This document shows positions 37,297-48,577 of a stretch of DNA of 64,000 bases, piece after piece. Within the stretch, counting starts at the first letter, position 1. Every line of letters begins with the position of its first letter. The position numbers and the translations under genes are program-made. The notes under the pieces were generated by a model that worked only from the letters and a program-made list of their open reading frames with translations, was not told the DNA's origin and did not search any database. This DNA comes from an uncultured Candidatus Saccharibacteria bacterium (GTDB taxonomy: Bacteria; Patescibacteriota; Minisyncoccia; Phycocordibacterales; DATDWN01), in assembly GCA_964576615.1 (NCBI GenBank), contig CAZNUU010000001.1, positions 95,309-159,308 on the forward strand. Direction: 5' to 3'.

Positions 37297-39996
37297 TTAT
37301 TTTCTATAAGCTCTGTACTGTTTCAGTGCTTTTTTCAAATAATGCCCCGTATGACTTTTTTCATTATTGGCGACTTGTTCCGGTGTTCCTTTGGCAATAA
37401 GCTGACCCCCGTCGTCTCCCCCTTCGGGACCAATATCTAAAATATAGTCAGTCGATTTTATTACATCCATATTGTGTTCGATAACCAAAACTGTATTGCC
37501 TTTGTTCACCAATTTCTGCAAAATTTCAATTAACTTTTTTACATCCTCGTAGTGAAGCCCGATGGTTGGCTCATCTAGTAGGTAAATGGTTTTCTGTAAG
37601 TGCGGCCTGTACAACTCTGATGAGATTTTTACTCTCTGGGCCTCACCACCAGAGAGGGTGGTAGCTGATTGACCCAGCTCAAGATATCCCAGACCTACCT
37701 CATCTAGAGTTCTTAATCTGTCTGCGATCGCAGGAATATCTTCAAAAAATTTAAGAGCCTCTTCTACTGTCATTTTCAAGACATCATGAATATTTTTCTT
37801 CTTGTAGTGAACTTCCAGAGTCTCTCTCATAAATCTTTTACCTTTACAGACATCACAGGGCACATAAACAGTCGGCAAAAAATGCATTTCAACCTCAATC
37901 ATGCCATTACCTTGGCAGACTTCACAGCGTCCGCCTTTCACGTTAAATGAAAACCTATTGGCCTTCCACCCACGTGCACGAGCCTCTACAGTTTCTGCAA
38001 ACAAATCACGAATAAACGTCCAGGCACCAGTGTATGTCGCAGGATTAGATCTTGGGGTTCGACCGATGGGAGACTGATCGATCAGAATTGCTCGACCTAA
38101 ATACTCTGTGCCATTGAAGGAAGAGCAATTGAAAATCTGGTTTGATCTGTACTTTCTTTCAAATCTGGCCTGTAGGTTTCTATGCAAAATTTCGTAAACA
38201 AATGACGACTTACCTGAACCAGAGACCCCTGTTACCGCTATAAATTTACCTAAGGGAATATCGACGTTTAGATTTTTGATGTTAAATATTTTTCCGCCCC
38301 GAATCTGAATCGCTCCCCTTTGTTCCTCTCTTCTTTTTTCTGGAACTTCTACTACTTCATCTCCCCTTAAATAATCTAGTGTAAGAGAACCGGAATTATT
38401 TTTCTTGGCAGTAAGTAAATCGTCGAGATAGCCGCTTACCACCACATCTCCCCCATGCACACCAGCTCCTGGGCCAATATCTACAATATAGTCCGAGGCA
38501 AAAATAGTATCTTCATCGTGTTCCACAACTATTATTGTGTTCCCAAGGTCACGTAAGTTCAGCAAGGTCTTAACCAAACGATCGTTATCGCGAGAATGTA
38601 ACCCAATGGTCGGCTCATCCAAGACATATAGCGCGCCAACCAAGCCAGAGCCAAGTTGAGAGGCAAGTCGTATTCTTTGAGCCTCCCCACCAGAAAGAGT
38701 GTGCGCTCTACGGTTTAGCGAAAGATACTCAATACCAACATTTATCATAAAGAGAAGTCTGGATTCGATCTCTTTTATCACTACTTTTGAGATACTTTTT
38801 TCCCTTTCTGTAAGTTTCGCTTTTGTTATAAAATCATATGCATCTTTTATGGACATAGCGGTAAACTCAACAACATTTTTTTTGCCAATTAAGACATGCA
38901 GAGCCTCTGGACGTAGTCTTGCACCTTTACAGACGGGACAAGGCTCATTGCCAAAAAAATGCCGTGTACCTAGACCATTACACTCGGGACAAGCACCATA
39001 GGGCGAGTTAAACGAAAAAAGTCTTGGTTCAATTTCTGGGAAAGAGTAGCCATCTCGCGGGCAAGAGAGTTTAGATGACATGAAAAATTCCTCCCTAAAC
39101 CCAGGCTCTGCCTGGGTCGGGCGATCATCCCTTAGGGATGATTTAGCCCTAAATCCTTGGTCGGATCGGGCGACCGAGCTAGCACTCGGTTTAGCCTTAT
39201 TCATATCCTCGAATACTATTTTTACGAGTCCCTCAGATTCATGTAGAGCTTTTTCTAAATCTTCCGAGAGTCTCTCTTCTGCACTTTTCGGATCAGATTT
39301 GAAATCTAAAATGGAGATCGAATCAACCAGGACATCTATTTCATGTCTTTTTGTCTTGGACAGTTCGACTCTCTCTCGCAGGGATCTTTTAACACCATCA
39401 ACTAAGACATATGAATAACCCCTACCCAATAGATCATAAAGAAGTTGGTAATACTCCCCTTTTCTACCCCGGACAACTGGAGAATATATTTCAACATTTA
39501 AAGGTAAGGGAATTTTTCCTGCCTTTGGACTAGTCTTTTTCTTTTCGTTTATTTTATCTAAAACGAAATTTTTTATTTCTTCATTGGAAAGTTTCTCTAA
39601 CTCCAGACCACAAATAAGGCAGTGCGGATGGCCTATTCGCGAGTATAAAATACGTAAGTAATCATAAATCTCTGTGATGGTGGCTACAGTCGAACGCGGG
39701 TTATTGGAGCGGGACTTTTGATCAATAGAAATTGCAGGAGATAACCCCGCTATCTCATCTACTTCTGGTTTTTGCATCTGACGTAGGAACTGCCGAGCAT
39801 AGGAAGAGAGTGATTCTACGTATCTTCTCTGACCTTCAGCAAAAATAGTATCGAAAGCCAAAGACGACTTGCCTGACCCTGAAAGACCAGTGAAGACGAT
39901 CATTTTGTTACGCGGCATCTCAACCGTAATGTTCTTAAGGTTGTGGGTACGCGCACCTTTAACTATAATTTTTTCTTCTTTTTTATCACCTTTCAT
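37297..39996 (-). CDS. uvrA: Excinuclease ABC subunit A
   Basis: Two ABC modules with Walker [12 protein letters not shown] and GVSGSGKSS. Zn fingers present. Contains an in-frame low-complexity insertion. Confidence 0.95.
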   Translation of the reverse strand: MKGDKKEEKIIVKGARTHNLKNITVEMPRNKMIVFTGLSGSGKSSLAFDTIFAEGQRRYVESLSSYARQFLRQMQKPEVDEIAGLSPAISIDQKSRSNNPRSTVATITEIYDYLRILYSRIGHPHCLICGLELEKLSNEEIKNFVLDKINEKKKTSPKAGKIPLPLNVEIYSPVVRGRKGEYYQLLYDLLGRGYSYVLVDGVKRSLRERVELSKTKRHEIDVLVDSISILDFKSDPKSAEERLSEDLEKALHESEGLVKIVFEDMNKAKPSASSVARSDQGFRAKSSLRDDRPTQAEPGFREEFFMSSKLSCPRDGYSFPEIEPRLFSFNSPYGACPECNGLGTRHFFGNEPCPVCKGARLRPEALHVLIGKKNVVEFTAMSIKDAYDFITKAKLTEREKSISKVVIKEIESRLLFMINVGIEYLSLNRRAHTLSGGEAQRIRLASQLGSGLVGALYVLDEPTIGLHSRDNDRLVKTLLNLRDLGNTIIVVEHDEDTIFASDYIVDIGPGAGVHGGDVVVSGYLDDLLTAKKNNSGSLTLDYLRGDEVVEVPEKRREEQRGAIQIRGGKIFNIKNLNVDIPLGKFIAVTGVSGSGKSSFVYEILHRNLQARFERKYRSNQIFNCSSFNGTEYLGRAILIDQSPIGRTPRSNPATYTGAWTFIRDLFAETVEARARGWKANRFSFNVKGGRCEVCQGNGMIEVEMHFLPTVYVPCDVCKGKRFMRETLEVHYKKKNIHDVLKMTVEEALKFFEDIPAIADRLRTLDEVGLGYLELGQSATTLSGGEAQRVKISSELYRPHLQKTIYLLDEPTIGLHYEDVKKLIEILQKLVNKGNTVLVIEHNMDVIKSTDYILDIGPEGGDDGGQLIAKGTPEQVANNEKSHTGHYLKKALKQYRAYRK
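39090..39195. repeat. In-frame palindromic insertion within uvrA (RPE-like)
   Basis: Nested palindromes CCCAGGCTCTGCCTGGG, ATCCCTTAGGGAT and CCGAGCTAGCACTCGG. Shares CTGGGTCGGGCGA with uvrB 41400..41412. Encodes ...[14 protein letters not shown]... Confidence 0.5.
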
Positions 39997-40107
39997 ATAA
40001 TAAAATTTGCCCTGCGTTTGAGATACAGGGTTGTAGGGAACACGAGTAATGCTAGCACATTTATGTAAAAACGAAAACCGGCGAGCCTTCGGGCACGCCG
40101 GTCGAAA

Positions 40108-40362
40108 CTAGATCCAGGATTCCCCTTGTCGCCTCTTTTTCAGAGCCGCAAGTGCCGATTTTGCAACTTTGACAAGATACATCACGAGATCTTCAATGAG
40201 CTGGGTCACCACAAAGGCGAACCCGATCACCCCGAGAAGTGCTGTAACTGCCAAAAGTGCGAAAAGGACTACAGCGACAAGGAAGACAACTAGGATCGCA
40301 GCCAGCACACTCACCGTCACGATGAGCATGATAATGGAATCAGCGAGTGATCCTTGGTCCAT
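40108..40362 (-). CDS. Small hydrophobic membrane protein (GC-rich cassette, second gene)
   Basis: The ATG overlaps the upstream TGA by 1 nt. Very hydrophobic. Confidence 0.4.
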   Translation of the reverse strand: MDQGSLADSIIMLIVTVSVLAAILVVFLVAVVLFALLAVTALLGVIGFAFVVTQLIEDLVMYLVKVAKSALAALKKRRQGESWI

Positions 40363-40601
40363 CAGGCCCTCCTCTTGCGACGATGGTGTTCGATCGCCGA
40401 AACCCCAGCACTTCCGGCAAATGTGACTAGTGCCAAGAGCTCACCGATCGCAACGGCCGCCGGCGTCCCCGTCTTCACCAACTGCCATCTGGCCGAGACT
40501 GGCGGCCGAACCACAGCCGAGTTACGGTTTGCGTAGCCCACGAGAAGCGTGACTGCCATGATAAGAGCAAACCTTAATGCCAATAGGCACCTCCAATTCA
40601 A
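40362..40601 (-). CDS. Small membrane protein (GC-rich cassette, first gene)
   Basis: TTG start in the track, or an internal ATG. GGAGGTG lies upstream. Hydrophobic. Confidence 0.4.
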   Translation of the reverse strand: MNWRCLLALRFALIMAVTLLVGYANRNSAVVRPPVSARWQLVKTGTPAAVAIGELLALVTFAGSAGVSAIEHHRRKRRA

Positions 40602-40631
40602 AAAATAATACTTTTTTAGCAGTTCGTCAAG

Positions 40632-42812
40632 CTACTGCAGTAGATCTCTATTTCTTGGATTTCTTACCTTTTTTTCTTTTTTGGGCAGTGTAAGTCTTTG
40701 TAATTCCATAATTTCATCTCGTAAAATTGCTGCTGTTTCGAAATCAAGGATTTTTACTGCACCATCCATTTGCTTCTCCTTTTGTTTAATCAGCTTTTCC
40801 GGATCTTTTTCCATCATTTTCTTATCGATTCTCAAAAGCTCATCGACTGTCTTGGTATGTTCTGACTTTATTTGATCCGTAATGTCTTGAATCTTTTTTA
40901 TAATCGTCTTTGGGGTAATGCCATGCTTTTTATTGAATTCTACTTGCAAGTTTCTCCTGCGATTAGTCTCATCAATTGCATACTTCATGGAACCAGTAAC
41001 GTTATCAGCATAAAGAATAACTCTGCCATTTACATTTCTCGCCGCTCTACCAATTATTTGGATAAGTGATGTTTCGCTCCTGAGAAATCCTTCCTTATCC
41101 GCATCCAAAATCCCAATAAGTGTTACCTCTGGCAAATCCAAGCCTTCTCTAAGTAGATTTACCCCAACCAAAATATCGAACTCCCCCTTTCGAAGTCTAG
41201 TTAAAATCTCAATTCTCTCTATTGTTTTTATATCACTGTGCAAATACTCCGCTCGGATTCCTTTCTCTTTTAGATACTCACTCAAATCTTCCGCCATTTT
41301 TTTGGTAAGAGTTGTGGCAATTGCTCTCCCTCCTGCCTTGATCGCTTTATCTGCCTCGGAAATAAAATCTGCAATTTGGCCCCTATACCCAGACTTTGTC
41401 TGGGTCGGGCGAATATTTGCTTCTGCAAATGTTTTAGCCTGATCATCTGAAGTAATTGGTCTAACTTCTATCATTGGATCAACCAATCCCGTTGGCCTTA
41501 TGACCTGCTCCACAATCCCCGACGTTTCAGTCGGGGCTCCGACCTCCGATCTCAGCTGATCGGAGCGTCGGAGTTGCTTCACCGACTCTTGGCTCTTTTT
41601 AATTTCATAATCGCTGGGCGTTGCAGAAGTGTAAATAACCTGGCCAACTCGTTCTTCGAACTCTTCGAACTTAAGTGGCCTGTTGTCTTTGGCACTTGGA
41701 AGTCTAAAGCCGTAGTCAATCAATGACTGTTTTCTGGATGCATCCCCTGCATACATTGCCCCAAGCTGAGGCACCGTGACATGCGACTCATCAATTATTG
41801 TCAAAAATTCAGCTTTGCCTGCTTTGTCATGAGGAAAATAGGAAAGAAGCGTATCTGGCGGCTCACCTGGTGCTTTACCCGAGAAGTGCCTGGAATAATT
41901 TTCAATGCCGTTGCAATAACCCATCTCTCGAATTAAAGCTAGGTCATTTGTCGTTCGTCTCTTTAGTCTCTCTACCTCAAGTAACTTGCCTTCTTTTTCG
42001 AGTTCCTTAAGTCTAACTTTCAATTCTTCTTTTATGGATTTAAAAGCTCTCTCAATTTGCTCTTCGCTTGAAATAAAGTGCTTGGCCGGAAAAAGAAAGA
42101 ACAAATCGAGTTCTTTAATGATTTCGCGAGTTATAGCGTTTATAAGTAGGATTTGTTTTATTTTGTCTCGCTCTATCTCTATTCTATAAATAACTTTTTC
42201 CGATACAGGCATAATCTCAATCATGTTACCGATTGCTCGAAACAAGCCAGGAGTTAAATCTGCCGTGGTTCTTTCAAAGTGAATATTTATTAGCCGCCTT
42301 ATAAATTCAGCTCTCGAAATAGCTTGGTCTACAGCTATCTTCATGTTCACCTTTTCATATTCAACTGGAGAGCCGAGACCATAGATACACGAAACGGAAG
42401 CCACAATAATCACATCTTTCCTTGTAAGTAGTGCCTGAGTGGAGGCATGGCGGAGTCTTTCAATTTCCTCATTTATCATCGCTTCCTTCTCTATATATGT
42501 ATCAGAGACAGGCATGTAGGCCTCGGGCTGATAGTAGTCGTAGTAAGAGACAAAGTAGTGCACGGCATTTTTTGGAAAAAATTCTCTATACTCTTGCGCC
42601 AGTTGAGCCGCTAGAGTTTTGTTGTGAGCAATAACAAGGGTTGGCTTTTGAACCTCTGCAATCACATTCGCGGCAGTAAAAGTTTTACCTGAACCGGTCA
42701 CGCCCAAAAGAGTTTGGTGCTGAAAGCCCTTTTTTATACCAGAGACAAGCGCCTCAATTGCTTTGGGCTGATCTCCGGCCGGTTTTAGTTCTTTGTTGAG
42801 TTCGAATTTCAT
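40632..42812 (-). CDS. uvrB: Excinuclease ABC subunit B
   Basis: Walker A GVTGSGKTFT, helicase motifs and a UvrB C-terminal domain. Carries palindromic in-frame insertions. Confidence 0.95.
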   Translation of the reverse strand: MKFELNKELKPAGDQPKAIEALVSGIKKGFQHQTLLGVTGSGKTFTAANVIAEVQKPTLVIAHNKTLAAQLAQEYREFFPKNAVHYFVSYYDYYQPEAYMPVSDTYIEKEAMINEEIERLRHASTQALLTRKDVIIVASVSCIYGLGSPVEYEKVNMKIAVDQAISRAEFIRRLINIHFERTTADLTPGLFRAIGNMIEIMPVSEKVIYRIEIERDKIKQILLINAITREIIKELDLFFLFPAKHFISSEEQIERAFKSIKEELKVRLKELEKEGKLLEVERLKRRTTNDLALIREMGYCNGIENYSRHFSGKAPGEPPDTLLSYFPHDKAGKAEFLTIIDESHVTVPQLGAMYAGDASRKQSLIDYGFRLPSAKDNRPLKFEEFEERVGQVIYTSATPSDYEIKKSQESVKQLRRSDQLRSEVGAPTETSGIVEQVIRPTGLVDPMIEVRPITSDDQAKTFAEANIRPTQTKSGYRGQIADFISEADKAIKAGGRAIATTLTKKMAEDLSEYLKEKGIRAEYLHSDIKTIERIEILTRLRKGEFDILVGVNLLREGLDLPEVTLIGILDADKEGFLRSETSLIQIIGRAARNVNGRVILYADNVTGSMKYAIDETNRRRNLQVEFNKKHGITPKTIIKKIQDITDQIKSEHTKTVDELLRIDKKMMEKDPEKLIKQKEKQMDGAVKILDFETAAILRDEIMELQRLTLPKKEKKVRNPRNRDLLQ
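41385..41585. repeat. In-frame palindromic insertions within uvrB (RPE-like)
   Basis: CCCAGACTTTGTCTGGGTCGGGCGA at 41388..41412. GC-rich nested hairpins CCCCGAC-GTTTCA-GTCGGGG and CTCCGAC...GTCGGAG at 41505..41580. Confidence 0.45.
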
Positions 42813-42961
42813 ATTGTTTAGAACTTCCAGATTCGGCCAATTTCTTTGTCAAAGTTCAAAAAATAATTCTCGTCTTATACTCGATAAGCCTCCAATTATT
42901 TTTCTCCTTCTTCGCGAACTTGTCTCAAATCTGAAAGTTCTAGGTGACGTTGAGTATACAA

Positions 42962-43002
42962 TATTTAAATAAAATGACGAAGGCGGCCACAATGGCCGCC
43001 TT
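42962..43002 (-). terminator. Intrinsic terminator of the 43006 gene
   Basis: AAGGCGGCCA-CAA-TGGCCGCCTT perfect stem with a T-rich tract on the minus strand. Confidence 0.6.
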
Positions 43003-43005
43003 GAT

Positions 43006-43332
43006 TCAAACTCCGAGAGCTTTCCTTTCCGCATCGGTCAGCTTCGCGATTGCATTCTTCCGAACCTCGAGCCTTGCAGCCTCGTCATCAGCAAGACTAA
43101 CTGAGGAAGGATTGATCAGGAAGGCTTCAGCACCATTCGTCAGGACCCACACCAATCGCATCTGATGGAAATCTTTGTCTCTGAGGGTACCGCGCCACCC
43201 CTCGGCGACATCCGGGTCGGCTAGGTAGGCAACTGGACGTGGATTGAGACCATCCTGATCAGTTCTGTAGACCTCCGAGACCTGACCAACTGTGAACTGC
43301 TTCAGAACACCCCTCAGTTCATTGATATCCAT
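43006..43332 (-). CDS. Hypothetical protein (GC-rich cassette)
   Basis: CGAGGTGA SD 5 nt before the ATG. No known motif. Confidence 0.5.
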   Translation of the reverse strand: MDINELRGVLKQFTVGQVSEVYRTDQDGLNPRPVAYLADPDVAEGWRGTLRDKDFHQMRLVWVLTNGAEAFLINPSSVSLADDEAARLEVRKNAIAKLTDAERKALGV

Positions 43333-43392
43333 GTATCACCTCGCAATAGTCCTAGCCGAATATAGCCAAGACATCTAATGAAAGATTACTCA

Positions 43393-44631
<1,239 letters not shown>

Positions 44632-44649
44632 CTATCACTTGTACATAAA

Positions 44650-44690
44650 TATCGAAAGCCGGGAGTGTTACCTCCCGGCTTGATTCGCTA
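44650..44690 (-). terminator. Intrinsic terminator of the 44699 gene
   Basis: AGCCGGGAG-TGTTA-CCTCCCGGCT stem. Confidence 0.5.
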
Positions 44691-44698
44691 TCTGCGAT

Positions 44699-44977
44699 TC
44701 AGATGTGGACGCCTGCAGCCAGCAACTCCTGTCGCTGAGCAAACACAGGAAACGCCCCAGGCCAAGCGTGATTGAGTAACTGCCCGCGGTTGCCGTAGGC
44801 AACCTGGCCTCGACGCTTGCTTTTCCAGCCAACCTCCCAGAAAGTTTCCTCGTCGGCATTTGTGATCCACACTTCGCCGGGTTGAATTTCAGGGTGATTG
44901 TTCTGGCTGAACTTCACTGAACCTGCTTTCCTCCAACGGCGCCAGAAGCGCTCGTCGTGCTTTTTGCACTGATTCAT
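44699..44977 (-). CDS. Hypothetical Trp/Arg-rich protein (GC-rich cassette)
   Basis: TTGACG-17-TACTAT promoter. GGAGGA SD 5 nt before ATG 44977 (the ORF track extends to 44995). Confidence 0.45.
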   Translation of the reverse strand: MNQCKKHDERFWRRWRKAGSVKFSQNNHPEIQPGEVWITNADEETFWEVGWKSKRRGQVAYGNRGQLLNHAWPGAFPVFAQRQELLAAGVHI

Positions 44978-45062
44978 GCCTATCCTCCAACCCAATAGTA
45001 ATATATAAATATAAATACGTCAAGGGCAGAACTTCTCAACTCAGTATTAGTAAACAGTACTA

Positions 45063-45518
45063 TTATTTCTCTACCTTAAGTAGCTCCACTTCAAAAACAA
45101 GAGTCGAACCACCAGGAATAGGACCATAATCATTTGCCCCATAACCGAGTTCAGGAGGAACAACTATTGTTCGCTTCCCCCCTACTCTCATACCCAGAAG
45201 ACCTTGGTCCCACCCTTTAATTACTTGATTAGTTCCCAAGACAAACTGAAATGGCTCATTTCTTGCAACAGAACTGTCAAATACTTTGCCATCTGTAAAT
45301 CTTCCCACATAATTTACTGTAATCCTGCTACCGGCGACTGCAGGCTCACCTCCTCCCACTACATTATCTTGAATCTGAAGTTGTGGTGTAGTCACTTGTA
45401 ATACATTAGTTTTATTTGTAAATAATGAAATCAATCCCTGGCCAAAAACAAAAAAGAATCCGATAACAAAGATAGCGACAATAACTGCCACCCATTCTTT
45501 TTGATTTAAGTGTGTCAT
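45063..45518 (-). CDS. FKBP-type peptidyl-prolyl cis-trans isomerase, membrane-anchored
   Basis: N-terminal TM helix. FKBP core VNYVGRFTDGKVFDSS...GWDQGLLGMRVGGKR. Confidence 0.85.
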   Translation of the reverse strand: MTHLNQKEWVAVIVAIFVIGFFFVFGQGLISLFTNKTNVLQVTTPQLQIQDNVVGGGEPAVAGSRITVNYVGRFTDGKVFDSSVARNEPFQFVLGTNQVIKGWDQGLLGMRVGGKRTIVVPPELGYGANDYGPIPGGSTLVFEVELLKVEK

Positions 45519-45617
45519 ACATAAATTATATTACATCACAAAAACCTGTAAACGGAAAAATCTACTTTGACACTCACGCACGCATGTGTTATTTTCCATG
45601 CAGAATGGAGGCGGAAC

Positions 45618-46232
45618 ATGTTTGATAAGGCCTCGAGAATGCCGAAGACCTTCCTGCCCAATGTCATCACCATAACCGGCGCATCGGGCACTGGTAAGGG
45701 AACCTTGGTCGAGAGACTCCTCGAAGAGAAGATATTCGAGCGCTACAGACCAGTAAGCGGTGGGAGCATCATGCGCGATTTCGCAAGAAGCCGCGGGATG
45801 GATATCGAGCCATTCGTTGCCTACTGTCGGGAACATCCGGAGGAGGGCTGGGACAGGAAATGCGACGAGGCGCTTGCGAGGGAGGGTGAAATCGACTATG
45901 TGGTCATCGAGGCAAGACTTGGACACGTCTTCGCCCCGAGAGGATTCCACGTACTTCTCAAGTGTCCTTTGGAAGTCCGCGCGCAATGGATGAGGAAAAA
46001 CGAGAAGCGTAAGGAATATTTCGGAAAACCACTGGACCAGATTCAGGCGATGATGCAGCAGCGAGACGTAGATGACCAGACTCGCTACCAAAGAATCTAC
46101 CCTGGATCGCTGTGGCCGGAGGAGGACTTCGACCTCGTAATTGAGACAAACAAACAGAGTCTCTATGACGAGGTAAGACTCATCCGGATCCGGCACAGTT
46201 TCTGGCGGGCTACACAAAACATCAATTGGTAA
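45618..46232 (+). CDS. P-loop NMP-kinase-like protein (cytidylate-kinase-like), GC-rich cassette
   Basis: VITITGASGTGKGTL matches the Cmk-type P-loop. TTGACA-17-TATTTT promoter. GGAGG SD 6 nt before the ATG. The opposite-strand ORF 45531..46313 is rejected. Confidence 0.6.
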   Translation: MFDKASRMPKTFLPNVITITGASGTGKGTLVERLLEEKIFERYRPVSGGSIMRDFARSRGMDIEPFVAYCREHPEEGWDRKCDEALAREGEIDYVVIEARLGHVFAPRGFHVLLKCPLEVRAQWMRKNEKRKEYFGKPLDQIQAMMQQRDVDDQTRYQRIYPGSLWPEEDFDLVIETNKQSLYDEVRLIRIRHSFWRATQNINW

Positions 46233-46317
46233 TAGCAGGGCTGCTGACGAAAGTTGGCAGCCCTGAAATTTTACTTGAACTTGCTTACGAATTTTTATCC
46301 AAGTAAAATACAAGCCA

Positions 46318-47069
46318 TGAACAAAAAAATAATTTTAAACGTCCCGGAGAAACATCTGCCTATTGAACCCCTCACCAAAAAGGAACTGCACGACACGGCG
46401 GTGGAGAGAGTACACCTCATATCCCGAGAATTCACAGATGGCTTTAATTTCCTGAGCAAATACCCAAAATCTGTGACGATCTTCGGTGGAACGCGCTTTA
46501 AGGAAACTGACCCGGAATACGAGAAGGCGAATTCCCTAGCAAAAAAAATCTCAAGTGAACTGAAATACACCATTTTCACAGGTGGCGGGCCTGGAATCAT
46601 GGAGGCGGCAAATCGGGGGGCAAAAGACGCTGGAGGTGGATCAATTGGAGTAACAATTGAGCTAGAGCGCCACCAAGTTAGAAACCAATACTTAACTGAT
46701 CATATTAGCTTTCATTACTTCTTTTCTAGAAAAGTCTGCTTGGCATTTTCTGCTGAAGCTTACATATTCTTCCCGGGTGGTTTTGGAACACTAGATGAGT
46801 TTTTCGAGATTATTACCCTGGTTCAGACAAAAAAGATCGAGAGGGTGCCAATTGTATTGGTAGGCAGCGAATACTGGAATGCTCTTGAAACCTTCATGAG
46901 AAAGGAACTGCTCAACAGAAGTACAGTGGATGAGGATGACTTGAACCTTTTTACTATTACTGATGACGAAGACCAGATTGTAGAAATAATAAAAAACGCT
47001 CCGATCCATGTTGGTGTTAGATTTACGCATAAAAACCTGGAGAAATCAGGAATTGTAGTGGAGAATTAG
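46318..47069 (+). CDS. LOG family protein (Rossmann-fold nucleotide-binding, TIGR00730-type)
   Basis: GGGPGIMEAANRGA and PGGFGTLDEF motifs. Start taken at the internal Met MNKK. Confidence 0.85.
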
Positions 47070-47261
47070 GGTTCTTGTTTTCGAGCCTCCGCAGGCCGCA
47101 AACACGGTTTTGTCAAGGCACCTTTCTTGACAAATTGTGGCCGAGGTGAGAAGCGGAGCTTCGCAAGACCTTGAGCACGAAGTAGCGAAAGGTGTACAGC
47201 TTCAGTAAGAAGAGCCGAGAGCTTCGCTGGAAGCTTGAGGGTAGCAAGAAAACAAGAACCC
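47069..47261. mobile_element. MITE-like non-coding element with 14-bp terminal inverted repeats
   Basis: TIRs GGGTTCTTGTTTTC and GAAAACAAGAACCC. Contains a REP-like palindrome (47109..47133) and a core-B copy (47147..47213). Exactly fills the gap between convergent stop codons. Confidence 0.5.
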
Positions 47262-47264
47262 CAA

Positions 47265-47474
47265 TTACGACTTGGATGTTTTTTGTATATCTTTCTTTAT
47301 CTCTTTGAATTCGTTTTCAATTTGGGAGAGCCTTTCTCTGGATTGTTTTATTAAATATCCTCCTTCCTTTACATATTCTAGTGCTTTTTCAATATCTAAG
47401 TCTGACTGATTATCGAACCAGGACACAATCTGATTTATTTTTTTCAAATTTTCGCTTAAGTTATTTTTTTTCAT
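47265..47474 (-). CDS. xseB: Exodeoxyribonuclease VII small subunit
   Basis: Small helical protein immediately downstream of xseA and overlapping it by 4 nt. Confidence 0.75.
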   Translation of the reverse strand: MKKNNLSENLKKINQIVSWFDNQSDLDIEKALEYVKEGGYLIKQSRERLSQIENEFKEIKKDIQKTSKS

Positions 47475-48577
47475 ATCACTTGTGATTTTAATTCTCCATC
47501 CGAAAGGATAACGTCAATTTTATCATTTTTCCTCACACCCCTTACACTTTTCAGAACCTTACCTCTGTGTCGAACTATGCTGTAGCCTTGAGACAATCTC
47601 TTTTTGGGATTATACAGATCGATACTCTTCTCTGATTGTTGAATAAAATCATTTATACCCCTAAATACATCCAGAAACCCTCTCTCTATTTCTCTTGCAC
47701 TTAAATCGATCGACTCCCCCACTCTATCTATTTCTAACTCAATCGAGGAAAGAATTTTCTCCTCTGCAAGTCTAAGTTCAGATAAGACTTCGTTCCAACC
47801 CGAATTTAGAAGATTTGCCACTGCGGTAGGAGTAGAGACATTTTTATCCGAAACCAAAGAAACTAGCGACACATCCTTATCATGACCAATACCTGTTAAG
47901 ACTGGAACTGGAAAATTTAAGATAGCCCTCACAAGAACCTCGTTATTGAAAGCTTGAAATGATTCCAGTGAACCGCCACCCCTCATAATGACTAGGACAT
48001 CAATGTCTTTGTGCTTCAAAGTCTCGAGGGCAAGCAAAAGATCTTTGGTGGCTTCAGCCCCTTCCACCCTTGAGTCAACAAACAATATTTCAAAACCAAA
48101 TTTACCAATATTCGATAAAAAATCGTTTATTACAGCCCCAGATTTGGAGGTAATAACTCCAATCCGGTGTGGAAATCTCGGAATATTTCTCTTACGATTC
48201 TCCAGAAATAAACCCTCTGCTTCAAGTCTTTTCTTCAGCTTTTCATAGGAAATTTTGAGCGCACCTTCGCCCACCAATTCAACTGAATCAACTTTAAATG
48301 TTAATCTTCCTGTTGGCTTATAAACCTCTGGATAGGCGGATATGACAACCTCCAAACCATCTCGAAGTTCCACCCCAGAAACTCGGTAATCATTTTTCCA
48401 CATTATACAGGTAATGACCCCATCGGCCTTTGTGTCTTTTAATGAAAAGAATAGATAATTTTTGCCATCATATAATTTCAATTCGGATACTTCCCCAATT
48501 ATTCTCGCACCTTCTACTTTCAAGCGGTTATTTAGAGAATTTAGATACTCAGCAACCGACAGTACATTTTTAGACAT
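47471..48577 (-). CDS. xseA: Exodeoxyribonuclease VII large subunit
   Basis: N-terminal OB fold. Catalytic region VITSKSGAVINDF...RGGGSLESFQAFNNE. Confidence 0.85.
   Translation of the reverse strand: MSKNVLSVAEYLNSLNNRLKVEGARIIGEVSELKLYDGKNYLFFSLKDTKADGVITCIMWKNDYRVSGVELRDGLEVVISAYPEVYKPTGRLTFKVDSVELVGEGALKISYEKLKKRLEAEGLFLENRKRNIPRFPHRIGVITSKSGAVINDFLSNIGKFGFEILFVDSRVEGAEATKDLLLALETLKHKDIDVLVIMRGGGSLESFQAFNNEVLVRAILNFPVPVLTGIGHDKDVSLVSLVSDKNVSTPTAVANLLNSGWNEVLSELRLAEEKILSSIELEIDRVGESIDLSAREIERGFLDVFRGINDFIQQSEKSIDLYNPKKRLSQGYSIVRHRGKVLKSVRGVRKNDKIDVILSDGELKSQVI

Noticed and set aside
40169-40536. Plus-strand ORFs 40169..40426 and 40354..40536 in the GC-rich island
   Set aside because: They are antisense to the two coupled membrane mini-protein genes, which have the SD and TGATG coupling.
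45531-46313. 260-aa minus-strand ORF opposite the P-loop kinase gene
   Set aside because: No motif and no SD. The plus-strand frame has the GxxGxGKGT P-loop, promoter and SD. This is a typical antisense open frame in GC-rich DNA.
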